Position numbers and translations under genes: made by a program. A model generated the notes under the pieces. The model saw nothing but the letters and a program-made list of their open reading frames with translations, did not search any database and was not told the DNA's origin. From Nitrospinales bacterium (GTDB taxonomy: Bacteria > Nitrospinota > Nitrospinia > Nitrospinales > VA-1): a stretch of DNA of 64,000 bases. Below, one piece after another: positions 1 through 11,521 of the stretch; within the stretch, counting starts at the first letter, position 1; the number at the start of each line of letters is the position of its first letter. Location of the stretch: positions 2,656,001 through 2,720,000 of the forward strand of contig CBDCWG010000012.1 in assembly GCA_965223345.1 (NCBI GenBank), given 5' to 3'.

Positions 1-399
1 CCCGCCGCGGTTTCCTATGCGGTTGAGAATGTGCAGCGGCTGGTCGATAAGGTTCCTGTGTTCGGAATTTGCCTGGGCCACCAGATCCTCACCCTGGCCC
101 TGGGTGCGCGGACCTACAAACTGCGGTTCGGCCATCACGGCGGCAACCAGCCCGTCATGGACCTCACCACCCGCAAGGTGGAGATCACGTCGCAGAATCA
201 CGGCTTCGCGGTGGACGGCGATTCCGTGAAAAAGGGCGTGGAGGTGATCTCGGTCAACCTCAATGACGATACGGTCGAGGGCATCCGCCACAAGTCCCTT
301 CCGGTTTTTTCGGTGCAGTACCACCCTGAAGCCTCGCCCGGCCCTCACGATTCCGGCCACCTGTTCAACCGGTTCGTGGAGCTGATGAAAGGAAACTGA
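1..399 (+). CDS. carA: Carbamoyl-phosphate synthase small subunit, C-terminal part (gene starts before the window)
   Basis: Class I glutamine amidotransferase motifs [23 protein letters not shown] and QYHPE; lies upstream of carB. Confidence 0.97.
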   Translation, partial: PAAVSYAVENVQRLVDKVPVFGICLGHQILTLALGARTYKLRFGHHGGNQPVMDLTTRKVEITSQNHGFAVDGDSVKKGVEVISVNLNDDTVEGIRHKSLPVFSVQYHPEASPGPHDSGHLFNRFVELMKGN

Positions 400-400
400 C

Positions 401-1273
401 TTGAAAGAGCAATACGATGCGCTGGTCGAATCGATCACGCAAAACCGTTTCGCAGACGATATCCTGGAGGCGCGCAAGGAGTATCAGAAGCATTCCGGCG
501 AGATCTACGAGGACGATAAGTCCTACGAGGCCCGCATGGGGCTGTTCCTCGAATGGTTCATTTTCGACCGGGTGCTGCCCGGTAAGCAGGAGACGCTGCT
601 GGAAGACCTGCTGCTGAGCGACGGGGCGGGCTGGGCGCAGAACGAGCGCATGGCGTACAAGAAGTTCACCGGCAGCATCCACGGCCTGTTCATTCCCAAG
701 AAGATTCAGGATCAGCGGGTGGTGGTGCTCAACCTGTTCGACAATGAAAAATATTCGGTGCAGGAGAGCCAGGGGAAAATCCTGTTCAATAAAGATGATA
801 TCTTTGAGGGGAGGCTCTTGCCTCTGGACGACGGATATTTCTTTTCCGGCTGTTTCTGTTTTCATCCCGACGGGGCGGCGAAGTACATCAAGGAGAAGGT
901 CAAGGCCATCGTCGCGGTTCAGGACGGGCACCGGAAAGAGCTCAAGGCGGTCAATTCGAAACTGAAGACCTGCGATTCGCGCATGGACAAGAACGCCCGC
1001 GAGATCGACAAGCTCAATGGCAAGATCAGCAAAACCGACGCCGAAGACAAGCTCAAAAGCCTGAATGAAAAACTGGAAGAGCTCAAGAAAACGCGTTCCG
1101 AGCTGCATCAGGAAAAATCGCAGCTGGAAGGTGAGAAAAAGAACCTGGAAGTGCAGAAAATGAAGATCGAATTCCGCGACGCGTGCAACCTGCTGATGCA
1201 GAAACTGGGATACATGAATCTCAAGTGGGAGCGTTCCCGCCAGATCGATCTGCACGACATCTACCGCGACTGA
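401..1273 (+). CDS. Hypothetical protein with a long C-terminal coiled coil, between carA and carB
   Basis: 290 aa ORF with TTG start 1 nt after the carA stop and ending 3 nt before carB; host-like codon usage; K/E-rich heptad region. Confidence 0.85.
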   Translation: MKEQYDALVESITQNRFADDILEARKEYQKHSGEIYEDDKSYEARMGLFLEWFIFDRVLPGKQETLLEDLLLSDGAGWAQNERMAYKKFTGSIHGLFIPKKIQDQRVVVLNLFDNEKYSVQESQGKILFNKDDIFEGRLLPLDDGYFFSGCFCFHPDGAAKYIKEKVKAIVAVQDGHRKELKAVNSKLKTCDSRMDKNAREIDKLNGKISKTDAEDKLKSLNEKLEELKKTRSELHQEKSQLEGEKKNLEVQKMKIEFRDACNLLMQKLGYMNLKWERSRQIDLHDIYRD

Positions 1274-1276
1274 CCC

Positions 1277-4513
<3,237 letters not shown>

Positions 4514-4521
4514 AAAGAAGG

Positions 4522-4610
4522 GGCAGGATTACAGGATAAAAACGGAAAACCCTGCCTCGCGCAAAGACGCAAAGACGCAAAGAAAAGCGAGGAGACAGGA
4601 TGAACAGGAT
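4522..4610 (+). repeat. Cluster of short tandem repeats at the left flank of the AT-rich insert
   Basis: GGCAGGATTACAGGATAAA (4522-4540), CGCAAAGA x3 (4560-4583) and GACAGGATGAACAGGAT (4594-4610). Confidence 0.85.
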
Positions 4611-4822
4611 GTAAAACGGTTGAAATTAGAAACCCCGTATCTCTAGGAAGGCACGAAGAAAATCCAATACTATTAAGCCATTCTTGCGATAGCGATGAGG
4701 AAAGTAAAAAAGTAAGGGAAGACTTTTTAATTCCTCTTCGGCAGCTTATAAGGTCAGGAAAAGCTGGACATTACTTCAATTTTATTGAGGTAAGGGAACA
4801 TATCGCAAAAAATATTATTGAA

Positions 4823-5776
4823 GTGGAGGATGCCGAATCACTAAGAATACGTTCTAAAGCTAAATTTATTATATACGGGCGAGTAAGGCTTAGAACATTA
4901 AATGGTGAAGATCAACATATTATAGAACTTGACGGGATTGTTGAGCATGGTCCAATGCCTAAAGAATTGAGCAATTATATTTCTATAGAATTCGCTGAAT
5001 TGCTACCAAGAAAAATTAATATTCCGACAAAAAATGATCTTTTGTCCTTTAAGTTTACGTCGGAATGGGCGGGAATGATTGCAAAATATATAATAGGAAT
5101 TACTGCGGCGTGCGCTGGAGATTTAGATTATGCAGAAAAACTTTATAAAGATGTTGAGGTGCTAATTAAAACTAAACAAACAAACTTTCCAGTTTTTGTA
5201 GAGTTAAAGCAACGAATACCTCAAAGATTGAATGAAGTTTATCTTACACATGCAAACAATCAACTTTTAGCCTGGAGAGAAAATTATGAGCCTTGTCATG
5301 TTGATACCTTTGGGAATTATCTTGAAAAGTTAGATAAGCTGAGTGAAGAACATTTAGAGGTATTTTATATTCTTAAATCGATATATATCTTTCTTAAAGA
5401 GCGAGATATTGAATCATCAATTAGTTTTTTGAAAAAAGTTAGGAATAAGAATAATGGATTATGGAATTATAATATAGGCTTTCTTTATGCGTATAGAGGG
5501 GAGCTTAGTGCGGCTATAAGGCATTACAGAAGGGCTTCTCAGCATCTAGTTAATGTGGAGGTTATCAATCAAGTAGAAAGTTTTATTTGTTGGATACTTA
5601 GAGAAGAGCCTGACAAATATTATATTAATTATTGCTTAGGTTTTTTTAATTGGAAAACTAAAGGCGATAAGATACAGGCTAAGAAAGATTTTATGAACTT
5701 TATTGAGTCATGTGAGGCGGATAAGTTTAAGAGGGAAAGAGACATTGCTAGGAAATGGATAAATCAACTTGGTTGA
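4823..5776 (+). CDS. AT-rich TPR-like hypothetical protein, probably foreign and 5'-truncated
   Basis: Much more AT-rich than its flanks; helical-repeat segments (YNIGFLYAYRGELSAAIRHYRRA); the frame is open from 4604 with no ATG/GTG/TTG before 4823. Confidence 0.7.
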   Translation: MEDAESLRIRSKAKFIIYGRVRLRTLNGEDQHIIELDGIVEHGPMPKELSNYISIEFAELLPRKINIPTKNDLLSFKFTSEWAGMIAKYIIGITAACAGDLDYAEKLYKDVEVLIKTKQTNFPVFVELKQRIPQRLNEVYLTHANNQLLAWRENYEPCHVDTFGNYLEKLDKLSEEHLEVFYILKSIYIFLKERDIESSISFLKKVRNKNNGLWNYNIGFLYAYRGELSAAIRHYRRASQHLVNVEVINQVESFICWILREEPDKYYINYCLGFFNWKTKGDKIQAKKDFMNFIESCEADKFKRERDIARKWINQLG

Positions 5777-5867
5777 CTACTGATAATCAAAATTATTCTA
5801 TTTCTAACTTGAGATGAATTGACCTTCAGATACCCTCGATATTACGCCTTTGTAGTTTTGTGTTAGT

Positions 5868-5904
5868 CCGGTTTTTATCCCGCCTTTATCCTGTCAATCC
5901 TGTC
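5868..5904 (-). repeat. Inverted copy of the ACAGGAT repeat at the right flank of the AT-rich insert
   Basis: Reverse complement of 5885-5904 is GACAGGATTGACAGGATAAA, matching 4522-4540 and 4594-4610; reverse complement of 5868-5880 (GGATAAAAACCGG) resembles 4534-4545. Confidence 0.8.
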
Positions 5905-5918
5905 TGAATTGTTGTTGG

Positions 5919-6719
5919 TCAAAGGGTGGGTTGTGCGCAGATCACATAGACTTTCAGGTTGAAGGGTTTGCCGGCGCTGTCGTTGACGATGGTGGTTTCC
6001 CAGGAGTTGATGCTGGAGGGGTAGTTGGTCACGCCGGCGCACTGGTCGCAGCCCGCGGCGTTGTAGCCGCCTCCCAGCAGGATCTTGCCGGGCGAGCAGC
6101 TCATGAGGACGGTTTTTCTCTGGCCCGGCTTGACGCTGAAGCTTTTGCTCTCCAGCCGTTCCCAGCCGGCGATGCCCTGTAGCGCTCCTGCCTGGGCGAC
6201 GCTGTCTTTACCCGCCGAGCCTGCGGGTCCCGGAGGCCCCGGCGGACCGGGCGGGCCTTCCGGCCCTTCAAACCCCTGCGGCCCCTGAGGGCCTGGGTCT
6301 CCCTTGGGGCCTTTCGGCCCCGGTTTTCCCGGCGGACCTGCTTCGCCTTTCGGTCCCATCTCTCCCTGAGGACCCACCAGCTCGCCGATGCGGCCGGTCG
6401 AGATCATCAGGTTTTGGAACTGACCGTTGGCGATGATTTCTTCCAATGCGAAACGGATGCTGTTGCTGTCGGGTTCCTGGGTCACGACCTGGACGCGTTT
6501 GCCCGGAGTGTCCGCCAGCAGGTTGAGGCCGAAGACCAGCCCCCCGCCCGCGGCGAGGACGACGAGCAGCAGCACGATGAAAAAATCCCAGAAACTCATT
6601 CGCACTTTTTTTTCCGGCGGCGGCAGGGGCTGACCGATGAACAGGTCCCGCAGGGCTTCGTCGCCCATCTGGCTTTCCAGCGCTTCAACCGGCTCTTCTT
6701 CCCGTTTCTTGGGTTCCAT
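5919..6719 (-). CDS. Membrane-anchored collagen-like protein
   Basis: One TM helix, 19 uninterrupted Gly-X-Y triplets (6204-6374) and a Cys-containing C-terminal beta domain ([12 protein letters not shown]). Confidence 0.9.
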   Translation of the reverse strand: MEPKKREEEPVEALESQMGDEALRDLFIGQPLPPPEKKVRMSFWDFFIVLLLVVLAAGGGLVFGLNLLADTPGKRVQVVTQEPDSNSIRFALEEIIANGQFQNLMISTGRIGELVGPQGEMGPKGEAGPPGKPGPKGPKGDPGPQGPQGFEGPEGPPGPPGPPGPAGSAGKDSVAQAGALQGIAGWERLESKSFSVKPGQRKTVLMSCSPGKILLGGGYNAAGCDQCAGVTNYPSSINSWETTIVNDSAGKPFNLKVYVICAQPTL

Positions 6720-6725
6720 GCGCGA

Positions 6726-7856
6726 TCACTTGTTGAGGGGGAAGGAGATGAGCATGCCGCCGATCATGTCGTCCAGTTGAAAATCGGTCTTGGGACTGTT
6801 GGGGTGCGCGTTGTGACAGTTCACACAGGCCTGGCTGACGGCGAAATCCGGATAGACGGCCTGGAAATAGGTGGAGCGTCCGCGCTTGATCTTTCCGAGA
6901 AACGGCCTCAAAGGATCGTCCGCCACGGAAACCAGGGCGTTGCGCTCGAATTCGTTGGCGGCGCTGTTCTTGAAGTTGATGGGCCACAGGCTGATCAGCC
7001 GGAAGTTCATTTTCAGGCGGTTCTTCTTGGCCAGGCGGCCGGTGTTCAGCAGATACTGCGCCGGCAGCGGCAGGGCGTGCTCGTCGAGCCAGTTTTCGCT
7101 GGCCTTGACCGCCTTGGTCTGGGTCAGCGGTTTCACGACATGCTGGGTGTACACGTAGCGGTCCGAATCGAGCACGGCGTGGATGTAGTCGGCCACCACC
7201 TGGGGCGGCACCAGAAACGCGTCGTTTTCGGTGGATGCGCCCTGCTCGCTCAGCGGAACGTTGCTCAAAGGCACGTTGATCAGCACGCCGCCCATGATGT
7301 CGCCGAGTTTGTAATCGGTTTTCGGGGAGTTGGGGTGCGTGTTGTGACAGTTCACGCAGGACTCGGATGTGGCCAGATCGGGATAGATGGCGCGGAAATT
7401 GAGGATGCCTTTGCGCTGCACCACCCAGGTGAACGGCGCGTTGGTGTCTTTGCTCATGCTTTGCAGACCCAGCTTTTCCAGGTCGGTGAGCGCGCCGTTT
7501 TTCTTGTTGATGGGATTGCGGCTGACCAGCCGGACTTTCAGGCCGATCCCCCTGGCATTGGATTCCTCGGCGGAGAGCAGCAAAAACTGCGCCGGCAGCG
7601 GCAGCGCCTTTTCCTGTTCCCAGTTCTCGCTGGCGGCCAGCCCGATGGATTTTTGCAGGCGGTTGACGATCTGCTGGGAATAAAATTCGCGGCTCGCCTT
7701 GATGATGGAATAGATGTAGTCGGTGGCGCGTTTGGCAGGGATGCCGTCCGGAACGGGATCGCTGTGAACGGGGCCTGCCTGCAGGATCAGGATCAATCCG
7801 GTGACTCCTGCAAGCGAAAGCCACCGAAGGGAGTGGGTGCGTCGGTTTTTCATCAC
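6726..7856 (-). CDS. Exported di-heme c protein with two tandem DUF3365/Tll0287-like domains
   Basis: Signal peptide; two internally similar halves (ASENW..E.ALPLPAQ.LL; PIN..N; A.YPD.A.S..CVNCHN.HPNSPKTD), each with CxxCH. Confidence 0.88.
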   Translation of the reverse strand: MMKNRRTHSLRWLSLAGVTGLILILQAGPVHSDPVPDGIPAKRATDYIYSIIKASREFYSQQIVNRLQKSIGLAASENWEQEKALPLPAQFLLLSAEESNARGIGLKVRLVSRNPINKKNGALTDLEKLGLQSMSKDTNAPFTWVVQRKGILNFRAIYPDLATSESCVNCHNTHPNSPKTDYKLGDIMGGVLINVPLSNVPLSEQGASTENDAFLVPPQVVADYIHAVLDSDRYVYTQHVVKPLTQTKAVKASENWLDEHALPLPAQYLLNTGRLAKKNRLKMNFRLISLWPINFKNSAANEFERNALVSVADDPLRPFLGKIKRGRSTYFQAVYPDFAVSQACVNCHNAHPNSPKTDFQLDDMIGGMLISFPLNK

Positions 7857-7932
7857 GGCCCGTATCTGTAAGGTTTTGTAAAAAAACCAAAATGCGGAAA
7901 TTCAACGATTCGGGATGAACTTAGACGGGATA

Positions 7933-7975
7933 TGTCGCGATCACATGGAGGTTGTGTCACGATTGTGTCACAGTT
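7933..7975. promoter_or_regulatory. Putative OmpR/PhoB-family binding site (11-bp direct repeat)
   Basis: GTGTCACGATT GTGTCACAGTT with TGTCAC at 7955 and 7966, plus an in-phase TGTCGC at 7933. Confidence 0.5.
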
Positions 7976-8078
7976 GATTTCTCAACCGGAACGATGAAAG
8001 GCAAAAATCGAGGCGGCGAAACGACGGCTCAGGGAATAAGCCGACGACGGTTGTCTTTCAGGATACTGTGCGTGAGGA

Positions 8079-9029
8079 TCAGCGGCTGGCGGACTGGATC
8101 TGCGGGCTCGAATATCCGGCGGGGGATGGCACGCCGGGGGACAGGGAGGGCGCCGGGTGGTAGACCGGGTTGGTTTTGCGGGAGCGCACCAGCTGGCCCT
8201 GCTGGAACTCCTTTCCGGCCATGATGGCGGCGATGGAGAAACCGGCGTGCACCTGGCGGACGCGCACCACGCCCTGGCGGGTGAAACGGCCGCCGAGATC
8301 GCGTTTGCTGTAGGGATCTTTCTGGTTGAGGGTGACGGAATAAACGTTGAAATCGTCGCCGAAACCGATGCCGTTTTCCCGGCCCAGGTTGATGAGCACT
8401 TCCATTTTTTCCTTGTCCACGCCGACGATCTCCCCCTGCAGCGGCTGCACGTAAAGGGTCTGCGTGATGAAGGCGTGGATCTGCCGGTTCAGGTCGGCGA
8501 GGGTTTTGCCGATGGACGTGCGCAGAAACTGGGGATCGTGAAAATCCAGCTGCGTGCCGTCGAACTCGAAGGGGATCACGCCGGCGATGGATTGGGCCTG
8601 GAAGCGCTGGCGGCCCAGAAATTCGCGGGCGTGGTGGCTCGAAAGTTCGATCTCGATTTCGATCTCGGCGCGCTGCTTGATGGTTTCCGGGGCGTCGAAC
8701 ACTTTCTGCGCCTTGGTCGGCGGCTCTCCGGGGTCGAAGACGAGCACCCTCCCCTGCACGAGGAACTGCGCCGGATGATTCATCGAGGCTTTGTCGCCGG
8801 CCTGTTTTTTGGGAGCGGGATACAGGTGAAACGCGCCGTTTTCGGCCACGGAATGCTTCAGCATGCGCGTCACCAGCTCACCGGGAGCGTAGTCGGCGGT
8901 CCAGCCCGCCGGGTTTTCGATGGGCAGGATGGAGAGCTTGTTCTTGTACTGGGCCGATACGGGGTTTGCCGCCGTCATGAGAATCAGCAGGGCGGCGAAA
9001 CCTGAAACGATCGTGCGTGCGGTTGGCAA
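8079..9029 (-). CDS. FlgT/CsgG-like exported protein with a FlgT C-terminal domain
   Basis: Signal peptide; C-terminal GEIVGVD...VLINLGRENGIGFGDDFNVY...GVVRVRQV pattern. Confidence 0.7.
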   Translation of the reverse strand: MPTARTIVSGFAALLILMTAANPVSAQYKNKLSILPIENPAGWTADYAPGELVTRMLKHSVAENGAFHLYPAPKKQAGDKASMNHPAQFLVQGRVLVFDPGEPPTKAQKVFDAPETIKQRAEIEIEIELSSHHAREFLGRQRFQAQSIAGVIPFEFDGTQLDFHDPQFLRTSIGKTLADLNRQIHAFITQTLYVQPLQGEIVGVDKEKMEVLINLGRENGIGFGDDFNVYSVTLNQKDPYSKRDLGGRFTRQGVVRVRQVHAGFSIAAIMAGKEFQQGQLVRSRKTNPVYHPAPSLSPGVPSPAGYSSPQIQSASR

Positions 9030-9151
9030 AGCGGCCTCCAGAGAATGCGTTCATCCCTTTATCGACGCGGATTTGCAAAACCTGAGCCCGAAATCGGAAA
9101 CGGGATGCAGCCTGGTATCCCGCAACCGTTCCCGCGCAGGGATTTGAGTCC

Positions 9152-9180
9152 TTGACCCGCTCCCCCCGGACACGTAAAAT
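9152..9180 (+). promoter_or_regulatory. Putative sigma70 promoter of the FGE-family gene
   Basis: TTGACC (9152-9157), 17 bp spacer, TAAAAT (9175-9180). Confidence 0.55.
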
Positions 9181-9187
9181 CGCAGTC

Positions 9188-10030
9188 ATGAGACAATGGA
9201 TTGCCTTTTTAGTTTGTTTTGCATGCGTTTTGGCCTCCCCCCCGCCCTCCTGGTCGGAAAGCGAACCCGAAGACATGGTCTGGATTCCCGCAGGCTGCTT
9301 CATGATGGGTACCGACCGGGTGTATTACTACGATTCCCTCGATGAAAACATCCGCGAGCGGCCCCTGCATGAGGTCTGCGTGGACGGGTTTTACCTGGAA
9401 AAGACGGAGGTGCCGCAGTACAAATGGGATGAGGTGATGCAGTACAACAACGCCACGTTCCAGGCGCCCGAGCTGCCGATCACCGGGATCACCTGGAAGG
9501 AGGCGCTGGATTACTGCACGCGCATCGGCCGCCGGCTTCCCACGGAGGCGGAATGGGAATACGCGGCGCGGGCGGGCAGCCAGACGGAGAACCCCTGGGG
9601 CGACGGCATCGACCGTGAGCATTTGTGGTACCTGGGGAATTCGCGGCGCAAACTGTCTCCGGTCGGGATGAAGAAGCCCAACGCCTTCGGCCTGCACGAC
9701 ATGATGGGAAGCGTCTGGGAATGGGTGGAGGACTGGTATTCGGAAAACTTTTACCAGGTCAGCCCGAAGATGAATCCGAAAGGGCCCGAGCGGGGCAGCT
9801 TCCACGTCATCCGCGGCGCGTCCTGGGTCGATGACGAGGATGCCATCCGCGTCATGGTGCGGCATCCCGGGATGGCGGACCATTCGCAGGATTACTGGGT
9901 GGGCGTGCGCTGCGCCTGGACTCCCGGCAAAAAGGCAAGCCCGGAAGAAGCTGACGATAAAAAAGCAGGTTCAACGGACAGCGAAAAAGCCAAAAAACAG
10001 ACCCCAAAAGACAGCAAAAAAGAAAACTGA
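9188..10030 (+). CDS. Formylglycine-generating enzyme (FGE/SUMF1) family protein, exported
   Basis: Motifs IPAGCFMMG, RLPTEAEWEYAARAG, PNAFGLHDMMGSVWEWVEDWY and IRGASW; signal peptide from ATG 9188. Confidence 0.92.
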   Translation: MRQWIAFLVCFACVLASPPPSWSESEPEDMVWIPAGCFMMGTDRVYYYDSLDENIRERPLHEVCVDGFYLEKTEVPQYKWDEVMQYNNATFQAPELPITGITWKEALDYCTRIGRRLPTEAEWEYAARAGSQTENPWGDGIDREHLWYLGNSRRKLSPVGMKKPNAFGLHDMMGSVWEWVEDWYSENFYQVSPKMNPKGPERGSFHVIRGASWVDDEDAIRVMVRHPGMADHSQDYWVGVRCAWTPGKKASPEEADDKKAGSTDSEKAKKQTPKDSKKEN

Positions 10031-10104
10031 CCGTTTCGCCTGCATCGCGCCCGGCCGGATACCGGAATCCGCCGGCTTTTCCCCCGTTTTTGCACACATC
10101 CACC

Positions 10105-10746
10105 TTGAACGCGAAAACCATCCACCGCATCTACGAGAAACTGAGCCGCCGTTTCACCGACGCGCAATCGGAGCTGGATTTCAGCAACCGTTTCGAGCTG
10201 CTGGTGGCGGTCATCCTCAGCGCGCAGGCGACGGACAAATCGGTCAACGCCGCGACGAAGAATCTGTTTCCCCGCTACGCCACCCCGCAGGCCATGCTGG
10301 ATCTGGGGGAAACGAAACTGCGCAGGCACATCCAGTCGATCGGGCTGGCGCCCACGAAAGCCAAAAATATCCTGCGTACCTGCGAGATTCTGCTCGAGCA
10401 GCACGGCGGTGAGGTTCCCGGCGACCGCGAAGCGCTGGAAAAGCTGCCGGGGGTGGGCCGGAAAACCGCCAATGTGGTTCTCAACGAAGGTTTCGGCCAG
10501 CCCACCATCGCCGTGGACACGCACGTGTTCCGGGTGTCGCAGCGCACCGGCCTGGCGCCGGGCAAAAACGTGCTGGAAACCGAGCAGGCGCTGCTGCGCG
10601 TCACGCCGGACAAATGGAAGCAGAAGGCTCACCGCTACCTCATCCTGCACGGCCGCTATGTGTGCAAGGCGAAAAACTTCGACTGCGGCGAATGCGTCAT
10701 CGAAAAGGAATGCGGGTTTGCGGAGAAGACGTTTCGTGAGTCCTGA
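10105..10746 (+). CDS. nth: Endonuclease III
   Basis: LLVAVILSAQATD, HhH motif LPGVGRKTANVV, AVDTHV and C-terminal C-x6-C-x2-C-x5-C Fe-S motif; start uncertain (10090 or 10105). Confidence 0.96.
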   Translation: MNAKTIHRIYEKLSRRFTDAQSELDFSNRFELLVAVILSAQATDKSVNAATKNLFPRYATPQAMLDLGETKLRRHIQSIGLAPTKAKNILRTCEILLEQHGGEVPGDREALEKLPGVGRKTANVVLNEGFGQPTIAVDTHVFRVSQRTGLAPGKNVLETEQALLRVTPDKWKQKAHRYLILHGRYVCKAKNFDCGECVIEKECGFAEKTFRES

Positions 10747-11491
10747 GCGCGTGAGAGATTACGGCGTCATCCTGTCCCGGCTGGAATCGGCGCTATCCGG
10801 GACGGGAGAACTCGGTTCCCTCGGGGAAATCGCCTCCCCGGCGGGGAATTATCCCCTGAAAAAGGCGGTTCTCGGCAAAGGCGGCGCGCGCCGGGTGCTG
10901 ATCTCCGCGGGCATTCACGGCGACGAGCCGGCGGGGGTGGAGACGGTGTGCGCGCTTCTGGAGCGGAATACGCTGCCGCTTGCGGACTGGGAGGTGACGC
11001 TGCTGCCCTGCATCAATCCGTATGGCTACGAGCACGGGATACGGGAAAACGGCGACGCGGTGGATCTCAACCGGGTGTTCAAAATCGAGCGCCCACCCGA
11101 GGAGGTGCAGCTGGCGCAGTCAGTGTTCGAGAGGCCTTACGATCTGACGCTGGAGCTGCACGAGGATTCGGACAGCAAGGGCTATTACCTCTATCACTCG
11201 GGCGAGCCGGAACTGAGAGACGCGCTGCCCGCGAAAATCCTCGACCCGGTGTCCACAGTGATCCCGCTCAACCTGGATCCGGAGATCGACGGCAACGCGG
11301 CGAACGGCGGCGTCATCAACCGGTCGCCGGACCCGGAAAGCATGGACTGGTGGCCGATGGCGCTGTACGCCCGGTCCCGGGGCGCGCGTTACTGCATGAC
11401 TCTGGAGACGCCCCCGGCGTTTCCCATGCCGGTGCGCGTGCAGGCGCACCTCGCCGCTGTGCGGGCGGCAATCCAGCATTTTCCCCGCTGA
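10736..11491 (+). CDS. M14-family zinc carboxypeptidase (MpaA/succinylglutamate desuccinylase-like)
   Basis: AGIHGDE, INPYG, RENGDAVDLNR, LELHED and TLET motifs; likely GTG start overlapping the end of nth. Confidence 0.88.
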   Translation: MSPERVRDYGVILSRLESALSGTGELGSLGEIASPAGNYPLKKAVLGKGGARRVLISAGIHGDEPAGVETVCALLERNTLPLADWEVTLLPCINPYGYEHGIRENGDAVDLNRVFKIERPPEEVQLAQSVFERPYDLTLELHEDSDSKGYYLYHSGEPELRDALPAKILDPVSTVIPLNLDPEIDGNAANGGVINRSPDPESMDWWPMALYARSRGARYCMTLETPPAFPMPVRVQAHLAAVRAAIQHFPR

Positions 11492-11521
11492 TACCGGATT
11501 TTACCGGCGAAATGATCGAAA

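Noticed and set aside
6414..7905. 485-aa plus-strand and 406-aa minus-strand alternative ORFs
   Set aside because: Overlap the di-heme gene, which has clear motifs; the alternatives read as antisense or Arg-rich shadow translations
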